This document shows, piece by piece, positions 9,726 to 18,760 of a stretch of DNA of 64,000 bases (its first letter is position 1; every line of letters starts with the position of its first letter). Under the pieces are notes generated by a model. It worked only from the letters and a program-made list of their open reading frames with translations. It searched no databases and was not told the DNA's origin. Source of the DNA: an uncultured delta proteobacterium (lineage in GTDB: Bacteria; Myxococcota_A; Polyangia; Polyangiales; B10-G4); NCBI GenBank assembly GCA_963727445.1, contig CAVSGI010000020.1, forward strand, positions 608,001 to 672,000, given 5' to 3'. A program made the position numbers and the translations under genes.

Positions 9726-10604
9726 TCACATGTCGTGTGCGGCGATGAACTCGCGCACCCGCGCGATGATGGTGTCCGGGTGCTCGATCGGCGCGGCGTG
9801 GCTCGCACCTTCGAGGAGCAGGTACTCGCCCTTCGGCATCCGATCGGCCATGGACTGGGCGAGCTCGGGCGGGGTGAAGGTGTCCTTTTCGGCGGCGATG
9901 ACGAGGACGGGCACCTCGATCTTGGACAGCAGGTCCTCGGCGCTGTGCTCGCCGGCTGCGCGGAGCATCGGGAGGAAGACGTCGGGATCCATCAGGTTGA
10001 TGTGGTCCCAATAGGTCTCGAAGTCCTCGCGCCGGATGTTGAGGGCGTCCACCTCACCGCTCAGGCTCGCCATGCGGAAAGCGAGGCCGGGCGAGACGCG
10101 ACCCCAGAGCGCTCGCGCCAGGCCCCGGCGCTTCTGTACCTGCTCGATCAGGGCCGGCAACACCTGCTTGAGGGCGTCACTTCCGTGAAAGGTCTCGGTG
10201 ATTCGCCCATAGCTGCCGCATAAGAGGATCATTCCGCGCGTTGCCTTCGGGTGCAGCCGATAGTGCTCGAGGCAGATTTGCGTTCCCATCGAGTGACCCA
10301 GGAGGAGAACCGGGTCCTCGATGCCGAGCGTCTCGAGCACGGCGCTCAGGTCGCGCGCGATGGCCGGCACGTCGAGACGCGCGCGATCGACGGGCGGACC
10401 ACTGCGTCCGTGGCCGCGATAGTGCCAGTGAACGACCCGATGGTCCTTCGCGAGCTCCGGCTGCAAGTACGTCCAGGCGAAGCCATCGCACCCGATGCCG
10501 TCGTTGAGCACGACGGTCGGTCCGGAGCCACGGACGCCGTAGAAGAGACGGGTCCCGTCCTCGGCGATGGCGAAGCCCTGATCGTCGTAGATCAGCTTCG
10601 CCAA
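9726..10604 (-). CDS. Alpha/beta hydrolase
   Basis: YRGHGRS, GHSMG nucleophile, KDTFTP Asp, ASH His. Confidence 0.9.
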   Translation of the reverse strand: MAKLIYDDQGFAIAEDGTRLFYGVRGSGPTVVLNDGIGCDGFAWTYLQPELAKDHRVVHWHYRGHGRSGPPVDRARLDVPAIARDLSAVLETLGIEDPVLLLGHSMGTQICLEHYRLHPKATRGMILLCGSYGRITETFHGSDALKQVLPALIEQVQKRRGLARALWGRVSPGLAFRMASLSGEVDALNIRREDFETYWDHINLMDPDVFLPMLRAAGEHSAEDLLSKIEVPVLVIAAEKDTFTPPELAQSMADRMPKGEYLLLEGASHAAPIEHPDTIIARVREFIAAHDM

Positions 10605-10613
10605 AGAAGTTCC

Positions 10614-10811
10614 TCAGTCTCCGCTGTCTTCGCCGTCGTCGACGATGTCGTTGACCGAGGGGAGCTTTCGGATCTCCTGGATCCCGATCTTCACGCAGCG
10701 CTGAACGATCCAGCTCAGGGACCGGTCGAGCCGAGCCGCTTCGTGCTGGATGTCCTGCAACATCGACTCGGGGAAATACAGGCTCTGCTTCCGCTTGTCG
10801 GTTCCGCCCAT
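10614..10811 (-). CDS. Small myxobacterial protein, TIGR04563 (MXAN_4361/4362)-like, probable ribbon-helix-helix
   Basis: MGGTDKRKQSLYFPESMLQDIQHEAARLDRSLSWIVQ matches the family as I recall it; GGAGG upstream. Confidence 0.8.
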   Translation of the reverse strand: MGGTDKRKQSLYFPESMLQDIQHEAARLDRSLSWIVQRCVKIGIQEIRKLPSVNDIVDDGEDSGD

Positions 10812-10909
10812 GCTCCCGGTGTCCTCCCTCTGTCCACCCGACGCCCTCTGTGTGCGACCGGAGTGGGTGTCTGTCGTGGTACTACAACAGGATACCAGAA
10901 GTGGTGTCA

Positions 10910-12292
10910 ATGAGAGGCTATTCGATGATGAAAAGCGTGTCCTTTCGGGAGCGCCTCCTGTGGGCGATCGCGGTGGTGTGCGTAGGCGGTCTGGGGGCCG
11001 CCGTGGCCCGAGCCACCCCCGAGACCGAAAGCCCTTATCGCAACCTCGGGATCTTCGCCCGGGCCCTCTCTCACATCGAGATGAGCTGGGTCGAGGAGGC
11101 GGACCAGGACGAGCTGATCTACGGCGCCATCCGCGGGATGGTGCGCACGCTGGATCCGCACTCGGCCTTCATGGATCCGGACGAGTATCGGATCCTCACC
11201 AACGACACACAGGGGCAGTTCGGGGGCGTGGGCGTCGAGATCGAGGCGCGCGACGGCTGGCTCACGGTCCTCGGCGTGATCGAAGGCGGGCCCGCGGACC
11301 GGGCGGGGATCCTTCCCGGTGACCGCTTCCTGATCATCGACGGCCACAGCGCGCGCGACCTGCCGATCACCGACGCGGTCCGCATCATGCGCGGCGAGCC
11401 GGGGACGGCGGTGAGCGTGCGCCTCAGGCGCGAAGACGCCGAAGAGCCCATCGATCTCGTCCTGACCCGCGAGGTCATCGAGGTCGAAGCGGTGGAGGCG
11501 CGCCTGCTGCCCGACCGCGTTCTCTACGTGCGCCTGAAGTCCTTCCAGGAGACGACCACCACCGAGCTGCGAAACGCGCTCGACACCGCGACTGCGGAAG
11601 CGCAGGCCGCCGGCGGCATTCGCGGGATCCTCCTCGACATGCGCTACAACCCGGGCGGCCTCTTGAACCAGGCGGTGCTGGTCAGCGACGAGTTCATCGA
11701 CTCGGGCGTGATCGTCTCGACGCGCGGCCGCGGCGGCCAGGTCCTCTCCGAGGCGCGCGCGAGCAGCGCTGGCACGCGACCCGATTGGCCCCTCGTGGTC
11801 CTGGTCAACGGCTACACCGCGAGCGCCGCCGAGATCGTGGCGGGCGCGCTCCGGGATCACGAACGCGCCGTGATCGTCGGGACGCGCACCTTCGGCAAGG
11901 GCTCGGTCCAGAACATCGTCGAGCTCCCGGACGGCAGCGCCATGAAGCTCACCATCGCGCGCTACTACACGCCGAGCGGTAGCTCGATCCAGGCGCAGGG
12001 GATCGAGCCGGACATGGAGGTCGACCAGCTCGCGCCCTCGGCGGTGCGGGAGGGCTCGATGGAGCGCTATCAGATTCGCGAGGAGTCGCTCGAGGGCCAT
12101 CTGGACCAGGCGCGCGAATCGGACGACGCGGGCGAAGAGGAGGAGCCGGCGCGAAACCGCATACGGCTCGGCCCCGATCCGGACGCCGAAGGCGGCGAGC
12201 TCTTCCCCGACGACCATCAGGGCAAGATGGCCTATCAGGCGCTTCGCGCGCTGATCACCGCGCGCGAGCAGGAGCAGCACCACCGCCCCTGA
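10910..12292 (+). CDS. ctpA: S41 C-terminal processing protease with PDZ domain
   Basis: LDPHS, GVGVEI PDZ, DMRYNPGG, TASAAEI (Ser), GKGSVQ (Lys). Confidence 0.9.
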   Translation: MRGYSMMKSVSFRERLLWAIAVVCVGGLGAAVARATPETESPYRNLGIFARALSHIEMSWVEEADQDELIYGAIRGMVRTLDPHSAFMDPDEYRILTNDTQGQFGGVGVEIEARDGWLTVLGVIEGGPADRAGILPGDRFLIIDGHSARDLPITDAVRIMRGEPGTAVSVRLRREDAEEPIDLVLTREVIEVEAVEARLLPDRVLYVRLKSFQETTTTELRNALDTATAEAQAAGGIRGILLDMRYNPGGLLNQAVLVSDEFIDSGVIVSTRGRGGQVLSEARASSAGTRPDWPLVVLVNGYTASAAEIVAGALRDHERAVIVGTRTFGKGSVQNIVELPDGSAMKLTIARYYTPSGSSIQAQGIEPDMEVDQLAPSAVREGSMERYQIREESLEGHLDQARESDDAGEEEEPARNRIRLGPDPDAEGGELFPDDHQGKMAYQALRALITAREQEQHHRP

Positions 12293-12299
12293 GCCCGCT

Positions 12300-13043
12300 T
12301 CAGGTCGGCACGAGGAGGAGCGCCACCCCCGCGGCCGCGCAACCCAGGCCCAATACGGCGAGGATCACCACCCCGGCGGAGCCCGTCTTGACCGAAGCGA
12401 GCTCGCGCTCGCGGAACGCGTCCAGGCTGTGGGTGGTGAGCACCAGCTCGCCGCGCTCGCCGGCGGTGAAGGCGACCATCCGTCCGGGGCCGTCGCGGTA
12501 GCCCGCGTCTTCGTCGACCTGCGGCGCGCGCCGGTCCTCGCGGCCGCGGCCCACCGTCACCAGGTCGACACCGACCGGGATGGAGCGGTGGACCAGGCTC
12601 ACGTCGGCGCGATTGGACAGGCCGTTCTTCTTCAGGAAGCTCGCGACGCTCTTGCGGTCGTCTCCGGGCTCGAACTGATCGATGCGCACCGCGATCTCGC
12701 GCGCCCCCTCGGGGTCCACCCAGACGCCGCCGCTCTCGTCACGCAGGACGAAAGGAGTCGCCTGGGAGACGACGCTGCTGGTGTTGTCGCCGACGCGCGT
12801 CTCCACCTCGTACCAGACGACATCCTCGCCCGTGACCGGGTCCTCGACCGGCTCCTCGCACTCCACCGTCCCGCGGACCGCCGACAGGTCGCCGTCGCGC
12901 GACAGCTCGGCGATGGGCGAGAGCCCGAGGCGCGCCACCGCCTCGGACCACAGCTTCGCGCGCTTGGCGCGAGCCGCGGCGATCGGCGCCATGCAGGCGA
13001 GCAAGAGCCCGCTGAAGATCAGCACTCCCCCGAGGATCCCCAC
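12300..13043 (-). CDS. Membrane protein with GIDE-like domain
   Basis: N- and C-terminal TM helices; VRGTVECEEP..PVTG..VWY and PFVLRDESGGVWVDP patterns. Confidence 0.6.
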   Translation of the reverse strand: MGILGGVLIFSGLLLACMAPIAAARAKRAKLWSEAVARLGLSPIAELSRDGDLSAVRGTVECEEPVEDPVTGEDVVWYEVETRVGDNTSSVVSQATPFVLRDESGGVWVDPEGAREIAVRIDQFEPGDDRKSVASFLKKNGLSNRADVSLVHRSIPVGVDLVTVGRGREDRRAPQVDEDAGYRDGPGRMVAFTAGERGELVLTTHSLDAFRERELASVKTGSAGVVILAVLGLGCAAAGVALLLVPT

Positions 13044-13045
13044 CC

Positions 13046-14149
13046 CTACTCCTCCGTCGTCGCCGACACCGATGCCGGCGCCTGTGCTTCGTCCTCGCGG
13101 ATCGAGTAGCGCACCAGCGCCCGCAGGATCTCGTTCCGCTCGAGGTTGCCGACCAGCCGCTTGACGTCCTCGTAGATCGACGGGTCGGCGACGAGGCCGC
13201 CGATGGTGCCCCGGCCGGCGCGGATGTCGGCGGTGACGGCGGCCAGGTCCTCGCTCATCTGAGACAGATTTGCCACCAGCTCCCCCCCGGAATCCTCGTA
13301 GATCACCTCGTGGACCATCCCATCGCCTTCGCGAACCGCGAGCAGGGCGGTGGCGATCTCACCCGTGGCGTCGGCGAGGTTCGAGACCAGGCGCGTGCCC
13401 TGGTCGCCGTAGATCAGCTCGTGTGCGCTGCCGTCACCGCGCTCCACCTCGCCGATGATGCGGTGCGCGGTTCGCGCGGTCTCCGCGAGCTCGTGGCTGG
13501 CGGTCGCCACGTTGGCCAGCGAGGTGTCGATGCGGTTGGCGTTGTCCTGGTCGCTGAGGAGCGCAGCGAGGGGGCCGTCCTCGTTCGCCGCCATCCGGGT
13601 GATCGTCGCCAGGTTCGCGGTGGTCTCGCGCAGGTCGGTGGAGAACTGCTCTTCGGCGAGGGGCTCGGTGGCGATGCGGAGGTTGTGCGCGGTGGCTTCG
13701 ACCTCGCGAATGATCCCGCCGGCGCGGTCGATGTACTCGCCGATGCCCACCGGCGTCTCGGTCTGGATGGTGGCGCCCTCGGCCAACGGCTCGCCGCTGC
13801 CCACGGTCACGTCCAGGAGCTTGTCGCCGAGCAGACCCTTGTTGCCGACGGACGCGATGCTGTCCTGTCGCACCAGGCTCGCCGCGTCCTGGATGACGGC
13901 GAAGCTCACGTGGATGCGTCCGTCGTCTCGAAGGTGCACCTCGCGAACCGTGCCCACCTGCACGCCGGCGATGCGGACCGGGCTCCCCGGGCTCAGGCCG
14001 TCCACCTCGTCGAAGTAGGCTTCGAATTCCACCTTGCTCTTGAAGACGTTCCGCTGCTCTCCGATGACGAGCGCGAGGGTGCCCCCGATGACCAGGGCCA
14101 CCACGACGAAGATGCCGACTCGGAGCTCGGTCCTCTGATCGCGCTTCAT
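13046..14149 (-). CDS. MCE/MlaD-family protein with long helical C-terminus
   Basis: ELRVGIFV TM; GLSPGSPVRIAGVQVG; GLLGDK. Confidence 0.9.
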   Translation of the reverse strand: MKRDQRTELRVGIFVVVALVIGGTLALVIGEQRNVFKSKVEFEAYFDEVDGLSPGSPVRIAGVQVGTVREVHLRDDGRIHVSFAVIQDAASLVRQDSIASVGNKGLLGDKLLDVTVGSGEPLAEGATIQTETPVGIGEYIDRAGGIIREVEATAHNLRIATEPLAEEQFSTDLRETTANLATITRMAANEDGPLAALLSDQDNANRIDTSLANVATASHELAETARTAHRIIGEVERGDGSAHELIYGDQGTRLVSNLADATGEIATALLAVREGDGMVHEVIYEDSGGELVANLSQMSEDLAAVTADIRAGRGTIGGLVADPSIYEDVKRLVGNLERNEILRALVRYSIREDEAQAPASVSATTEE

Positions 14150-14200
14150 GAGCCTCGTAAATTACCCGAAACCGGCCGCTGGATGATCTACGATGGCGGG

Positions 14201-14764
14201 ATGCGGCGCATTGGCCTCTTCCTGCTGGTCGTAGGCGCCACCTCGGTGGTTTCTCCCGCGATCGCCTCGGCTCAGGACGAAGACGAGGAAGAGGCGCTCG
14301 AGGAGGGGGAGGATCAGGACGGGGACGACGAGGAGGGGGGCGAGCAACGCGACCACGACGCGCTTCGCTTCGACGCCCACGTCATGGTCGGCTACTACGC
14401 CGAGGTCGGTTTGGGGGTACGCCTCGACATCCCGGTGGTGTCGAGGGGGCTGATCGACGGCGTGGACGACGATCTCTCCGTCACCGTGGGCGCGGAGGTG
14501 ATGTACATCTACTGGAGCGGTTTCGAGGGGATCGGCGTCTACCCGATGCTCGGGCTGCAGTGGAATTTCTACATCTCGGAATCCTGGTCCATCTTTGTCG
14601 AGTTCGGCGCGACCCTGCTCTTCTCGTCGAACCGCGACCAATGGACGGACAGCTTCATCTGGCCTCACGCGATGCTCGGCGCGCGGTGGCACTTCAGCGA
14701 ACGAAACGCGATCTTCGTCCGCGCCGGGTGGCCCGCGGGCGTACAGCTCGGTGTCACCTTCTGA
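14201..14764 (+). CDS. Exported protein, probable small outer-membrane beta-barrel
   Basis: Signal peptide, acidic linker, alternating aromatic beta-strands, terminal Phe (QLGVTF). Confidence 0.65.
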   Translation: MRRIGLFLLVVGATSVVSPAIASAQDEDEEEALEEGEDQDGDDEEGGEQRDHDALRFDAHVMVGYYAEVGLGVRLDIPVVSRGLIDGVDDDLSVTVGAEVMYIYWSGFEGIGVYPMLGLQWNFYISESWSIFVEFGATLLFSSNRDQWTDSFIWPHAMLGARWHFSERNAIFVRAGWPAGVQLGVTF

Positions 14765-15225
14765 TCGCGACCTACGTCCTCGCGCTCGCCGCCTGTGACA
14801 CCTCGAGCTTCGGCGCCGCCGAGGCGAGCGAGCTCGCGGAGCCGCGGATGGAGCGCTTCGAGGACTTCGACCGATGGGCGCGGCGGGCGCTCATCGCCGA
14901 TCCGGCCATCCGCGATCGCGCCGCCCTCGAGGAGAGCGTCTTCGCCCCCATCCGGCGCGAGGACGAGGTCCAGGCGGTGTGGATCACCCGCGAGGGCTCG
15001 CGCCCCCTCGCCTTTGGTCGCCTGGACGAGCCGCCCGACGTCGAATTCCGAACGGTCCGCGACGATCGCCTGGGAGAGATCGGCGTCGCGACCGAGAAGA
15101 TCGCCGATCCGCGCCATGGGTCGGCGGACTCGGCACAGCTGCACCGAACCGTCCTGCTCCGCCGAACACGGCCGGGCGACGATGGGATCGAAGTCACAGT
15201 GACCGTGGCCTACCTCGCCGAGTGA
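14728..15225 (+). CDS. Hypothetical lipoprotein
   Basis: Lipobox LAAC; start uncertain (GTG overlapping the previous gene). Confidence 0.5.
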   Translation: MARGRTARCHLLIATYVLALAACDTSSFGAAEASELAEPRMERFEDFDRWARRALIADPAIRDRAALEESVFAPIRREDEVQAVWITREGSRPLAFGRLDEPPDVEFRTVRDDRLGEIGVATEKIADPRHGSADSAQLHRTVLLRRTRPGDDGIEVTVTVAYLAE

Positions 15226-15242
15226 GCTAGCCTCCCCCTCGC

Positions 15243-16682
15243 ATGTGCGGTTTCGTCGGCCTGGTCGGCGCCAAAGACGTCGCCCCGGAGATTCACATCG
15301 CGCTTCAGGCGCTTCAGCATCGCGGCCAGGATTCCGCGGGGATCGCCACCATGACCGCGGATGGCCGTCGCTTTCCCGCGCGGCGCGGCCTCGGCAGCGC
15401 CGCGAACGCGCTCGGCGCGGAGGACCTCGAGGCCCTGGAGGGGCCGATCGGCATCGGGCACGTGCGCTACCCGACGATCGGGCGCGGCGTCCTCGAAGAC
15501 GCGCAGCCCTTCTTCTATCGCCAGCCGGGCATCCTGATGGCGCACAACGGCAACGTCACCAACTACGAGGAGCTCCGGGAGAGCCTCGCGGGGCGTTCCA
15601 TCCACCTCCTGTCGCACTGCGACGTCGAGCCCGCGCTCTGTGAGCTCGCCGACTCGCTCAACCGCGCCCGTCCGTCGGGCCACGGGATCGACGACGCCCT
15701 CGCGGGCCTGTGTGCGATGCGCGAGCGGGTTCGCGGCAGCTACTCGATCGCCGCCGCCCTGATGCTCGACGGAGAGCCGACGCTGGTGGTGGTCCGCGAT
15801 CCCCACGGCATCCGCCCCGCCATCGTCGGCCGGCGGAGCGACGGCGCCTGGATCGTGGCGAGCGAATCCGTCGCCCTCGACGCGCTCGGCTTCACGCGCT
15901 TCGAGGTCCCGTCACCGGGCGAGGCGCTCTTCCTGCGCGCGGGGCAGGAGCCGATCCGTCGCTCCCTCGCCGCCGGCGCCGCCGCACCCTGCGTCTTCGA
16001 GTTCATCTACTTCGCCCGCCCCGATTCCTACATCGAAGGTCGAAGCGTCTACGAGATTCGGTTGGGGTTGGGAGAGGCCCTCGCGGCGCGCCTGCAGGAG
16101 AAGGGGATCGAGACGGACGTCGTGATCCCGGTCCCGGACACGGCGCGCCCCGCCGCGACCACGCTGTCGGAGTCGCTGGGCCTGCCGCTGCGTGAGGGCT
16201 TCATCAAGAATCGCTACAGCGGCCGCACCTTCATCATGGCCGATCAGCTCACGCGCACCGCGGCGCTCCGGCTCAAGCTGAACACGCTGCCCTCCGAGAT
16301 CCGCGGCCGGCGCGTGCTCCTGGTGGACGACTCGATCGTTCGCGGGACGACCCTCGCGCGCGTCATCGCGCTGGTGCGCGAGGCCGAGGCTGAAGAGATC
16401 CATCTCGCCGTGCACTCTCCGCCGGTTCGACATCCCTGCTATTACGGGATCGACATGTCGACCGAAGAGGAGCTCTTCGCCCGTCGCTTCGGCGATGACC
16501 TCGAGGCGCTCGAGAAGGAGGCCGCCGCCGCGCTCGGCGCCGACAGCCTGACGTACCTGGACGTGGCGGGCATGGATCGCGTCTTCGACGGCGCGCGCTG
16601 CGCCGCGTGCTTCGACGGCGCCTATCCCGATCCCATCCCGGAGCACGACCGCGAGAGCATCGCGGGTGACCGGCGGCACTAG
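15243..16682 (+). CDS. purF: Amidophosphoribosyltransferase
   Basis: N-terminal MCG, QHRGQDSAG, HNGN, VDDSIVRGTT PRPP motif, Fe-S Cys (PCYYG, CAAC). Confidence 0.95.
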   Translation: MCGFVGLVGAKDVAPEIHIALQALQHRGQDSAGIATMTADGRRFPARRGLGSAANALGAEDLEALEGPIGIGHVRYPTIGRGVLEDAQPFFYRQPGILMAHNGNVTNYEELRESLAGRSIHLLSHCDVEPALCELADSLNRARPSGHGIDDALAGLCAMRERVRGSYSIAAALMLDGEPTLVVVRDPHGIRPAIVGRRSDGAWIVASESVALDALGFTRFEVPSPGEALFLRAGQEPIRRSLAAGAAAPCVFEFIYFARPDSYIEGRSVYEIRLGLGEALAARLQEKGIETDVVIPVPDTARPAATTLSESLGLPLREGFIKNRYSGRTFIMADQLTRTAALRLKLNTLPSEIRGRRVLLVDDSIVRGTTLARVIALVREAEAEEIHLAVHSPPVRHPCYYGIDMSTEEELFARRFGDDLEALEKEAAAALGADSLTYLDVAGMDRVFDGARCAACFDGAYPDPIPEHDRESIAGDRRH

Positions 16683-18616
16683 TGCACCACGGGATCCGCC
16701 ACTGGCATCGCCATCCCCGTGGCCAAGAACGTGTCGAGCTGATCGATCGCCATCGGCAGGCGCCGAACCCCCTCGTGCACCGCGGTCTCCTCGGTCGGTG
16801 GGATGGCGACGGTGCCCGGGAGCGGCGCGGGGACGCCGAAATCGAACTGCGAGAGCGCGGAGCCGTCCACCGGGCCCTCGGCGACGTCGAGCGCGGCGAT
16901 GGGATAGCTGACGGGCGAGAGGACCGGGATGCCGAGGGTGCGGGCCTGGAGCTCGGTGGCGAGGTAGGGGACGGCGTGATCGCCCGGCCCGTACTGAAGG
17001 AGCACGCGCCGCGCCTCCGGGCTGCCGGGATAGGTGTGCTCGAGCATGCGCGGCGCGTAGGTGACGGGATCGATCCGGTCGAGGGTGCTCTGACTCATCG
17101 AGGTGAAGAGCTGCACCTGCACGCGGTCGGGGAGGAAGAGCTCGAAGAGGCCGAGGAAGCTCGCGAAGGGTTGCGCGCGGAACATCATGAAGGAGTAGCC
17201 GATACCTCCGACGCCGAGAACCGCGCGGTCGATCTGTGGCGCGAGGGAGACGTAGGTGCTGCCGAGGATGTGCCCGTTCGAGTTGCCGTAGTACTGAATC
17301 GCCCCAGGATCGTAGAGGTCGGCGGTCTCGGGATCGGCGGCGAGGGCTTCGAGGAGCGGACCGGTCGCAGCCCGGGCGAGGGCGATCTGATTGGCCATTC
17401 CCTGATGCAGCCGGTCCGTGAAGAAGAATGCCTTGCTCGGTGAGTCGCCGACGTCGGCCAGGATCGCGCCGAAGTCGTCGTGGCTCATCCCCACCCAGTC
17501 GGTCGCCACCGCCACCGCGCCGAGGGCGTCGAGGGTGGTCCCCAGCCATTCCGACTCCGCCTCGGTGCGCTCTCCGAAGAAGCCGTGGCCGTACTGGATC
17601 AGCCGCGCCGGGCCGCCGGCGGATCCCTCGGCGACCGAGGGCGGCACGACGAGGCTGAAGGGCATCTGGGTGGTCTCGCCGCTCGCCATCACCGCTCCAC
17701 TCGCGTCGCGCGACAGGCGCGCCCCCGGCGCGTCGGCGTCGACGAAGAGAGGGACCTCGATGGTCCCGCGCACGATGAAAGCGATGTGCGGATCGTCAGG
17801 TGCCTCTGCGCGCTCCTCGATGGTGACCGAGGGCGGCTCGGCTTCGAGCATCGCGATCAGCGCCTCGCGAATCGCGAGCATGTCCCGGGTGGTGTCCTCC
17901 TCGGTCGAGACCGTGAAGTCCCACGCCAGCAGCAGGCTCTCGCGTTCGACCCCGGCGGCGGCGAGGACCTCGAAGACGTCGGCTTCGTAGCGGGCGGCCA
18001 GGGGCTCGAGGGCCGCGTGGCCAGCCGGCTCGCCGTCGCGGAGGCGCCGGAATCCCTCTGGCGGCTCCACCTTCGTCCCGTCGGGACGCGACAGATCGCG
18101 AATGGCCACGACATAGCGCGCGCCGTCCTCGAGGCGGACGAGCGGACGGATCGCCAGCGCTCTTCGCTGACCCGGCTTCGCGCCTGGATCGAGCTCGGCG
18201 AAGTGGAGCACCGGAGCACCGGTCGCGGCGTCGAGGAGCACCGTCTGAGAGGTCGCAGGCGTGAGCGTCGGCGAGGGATCATCGTGGAACGCGAGCGCGC
18301 CGTCGTCGATCTCCCCCGGCACGTACGCGATGATCTGCGGCAGCTTGGGGAAGCCGTCGGGGTGCTGCAGCTGGAAGGGGTCGAGCGGCTCGCCGGAGAC
18401 CGCGTCGACCAGGCTCGCAGCACCCTCGAGCGCGACCTGTCCGTCTACCAGGAAGAAGTCGCTGGGATAGGGCGCGGTGCAATCCCACTCGGCAGCGATG
18501 GGATTGCAGCCGGGCGCGGGGTCGTACGCGACCGGCGGCGTCGTGTCGTCTCCGCCGCAGCCGAAGAGCAGCGGATAGAGAGTGACGAGAGCGAAGAGAG
18601 GACGGAGTTGCATCAT
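16679..18616 (-). CDS. Lipoprotein with alpha/beta-hydrolase-like C-terminal domain
   Basis: Lipobox LFGC; PYPSDFF; YGHGFFG; GNSNG (GxSxG). Confidence 0.7.
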   Translation of the reverse strand: MMQLRPLFALVTLYPLLFGCGGDDTTPPVAYDPAPGCNPIAAEWDCTAPYPSDFFLVDGQVALEGAASLVDAVSGEPLDPFQLQHPDGFPKLPQIIAYVPGEIDDGALAFHDDPSPTLTPATSQTVLLDAATGAPVLHFAELDPGAKPGQRRALAIRPLVRLEDGARYVVAIRDLSRPDGTKVEPPEGFRRLRDGEPAGHAALEPLAARYEADVFEVLAAAGVERESLLLAWDFTVSTEEDTTRDMLAIREALIAMLEAEPPSVTIEERAEAPDDPHIAFIVRGTIEVPLFVDADAPGARLSRDASGAVMASGETTQMPFSLVVPPSVAEGSAGGPARLIQYGHGFFGERTEAESEWLGTTLDALGAVAVATDWVGMSHDDFGAILADVGDSPSKAFFFTDRLHQGMANQIALARAATGPLLEALAADPETADLYDPGAIQYYGNSNGHILGSTYVSLAPQIDRAVLGVGGIGYSFMMFRAQPFASFLGLFELFLPDRVQVQLFTSMSQSTLDRIDPVTYAPRMLEHTYPGSPEARRVLLQYGPGDHAVPYLATELQARTLGIPVLSPVSYPIAALDVAEGPVDGSALSQFDFGVPAPLPGTVAIPPTEETAVHEGVRRLPMAIDQLDTFLATGMAMPVADPVVH

Positions 18617-18688
18617 CGGAGAGTCGCGTTCTCTCCCGCTTCCAAAGCGGGGTCTAGCAGTCGCCGGCACGGTCGCAACGGGACCTCG

Positions 18689-18755
18689 GACCCCACTGGC
18701 CTTAAGCGCGCGAGCCCGCGTCCCAGAGGGCGCGGGCTCGTGCGACGGTGGGGTC
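18689..18755. terminator. Long GC-rich hairpin downstream of the Gly/Pro-rich gene
   Basis: gaccccac...gcgcgagcccgcgtccc aga gggcgcgggctcgtgc...gtggggtc. Confidence 0.6.
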
Positions 18756-18760
18756 GAAGC

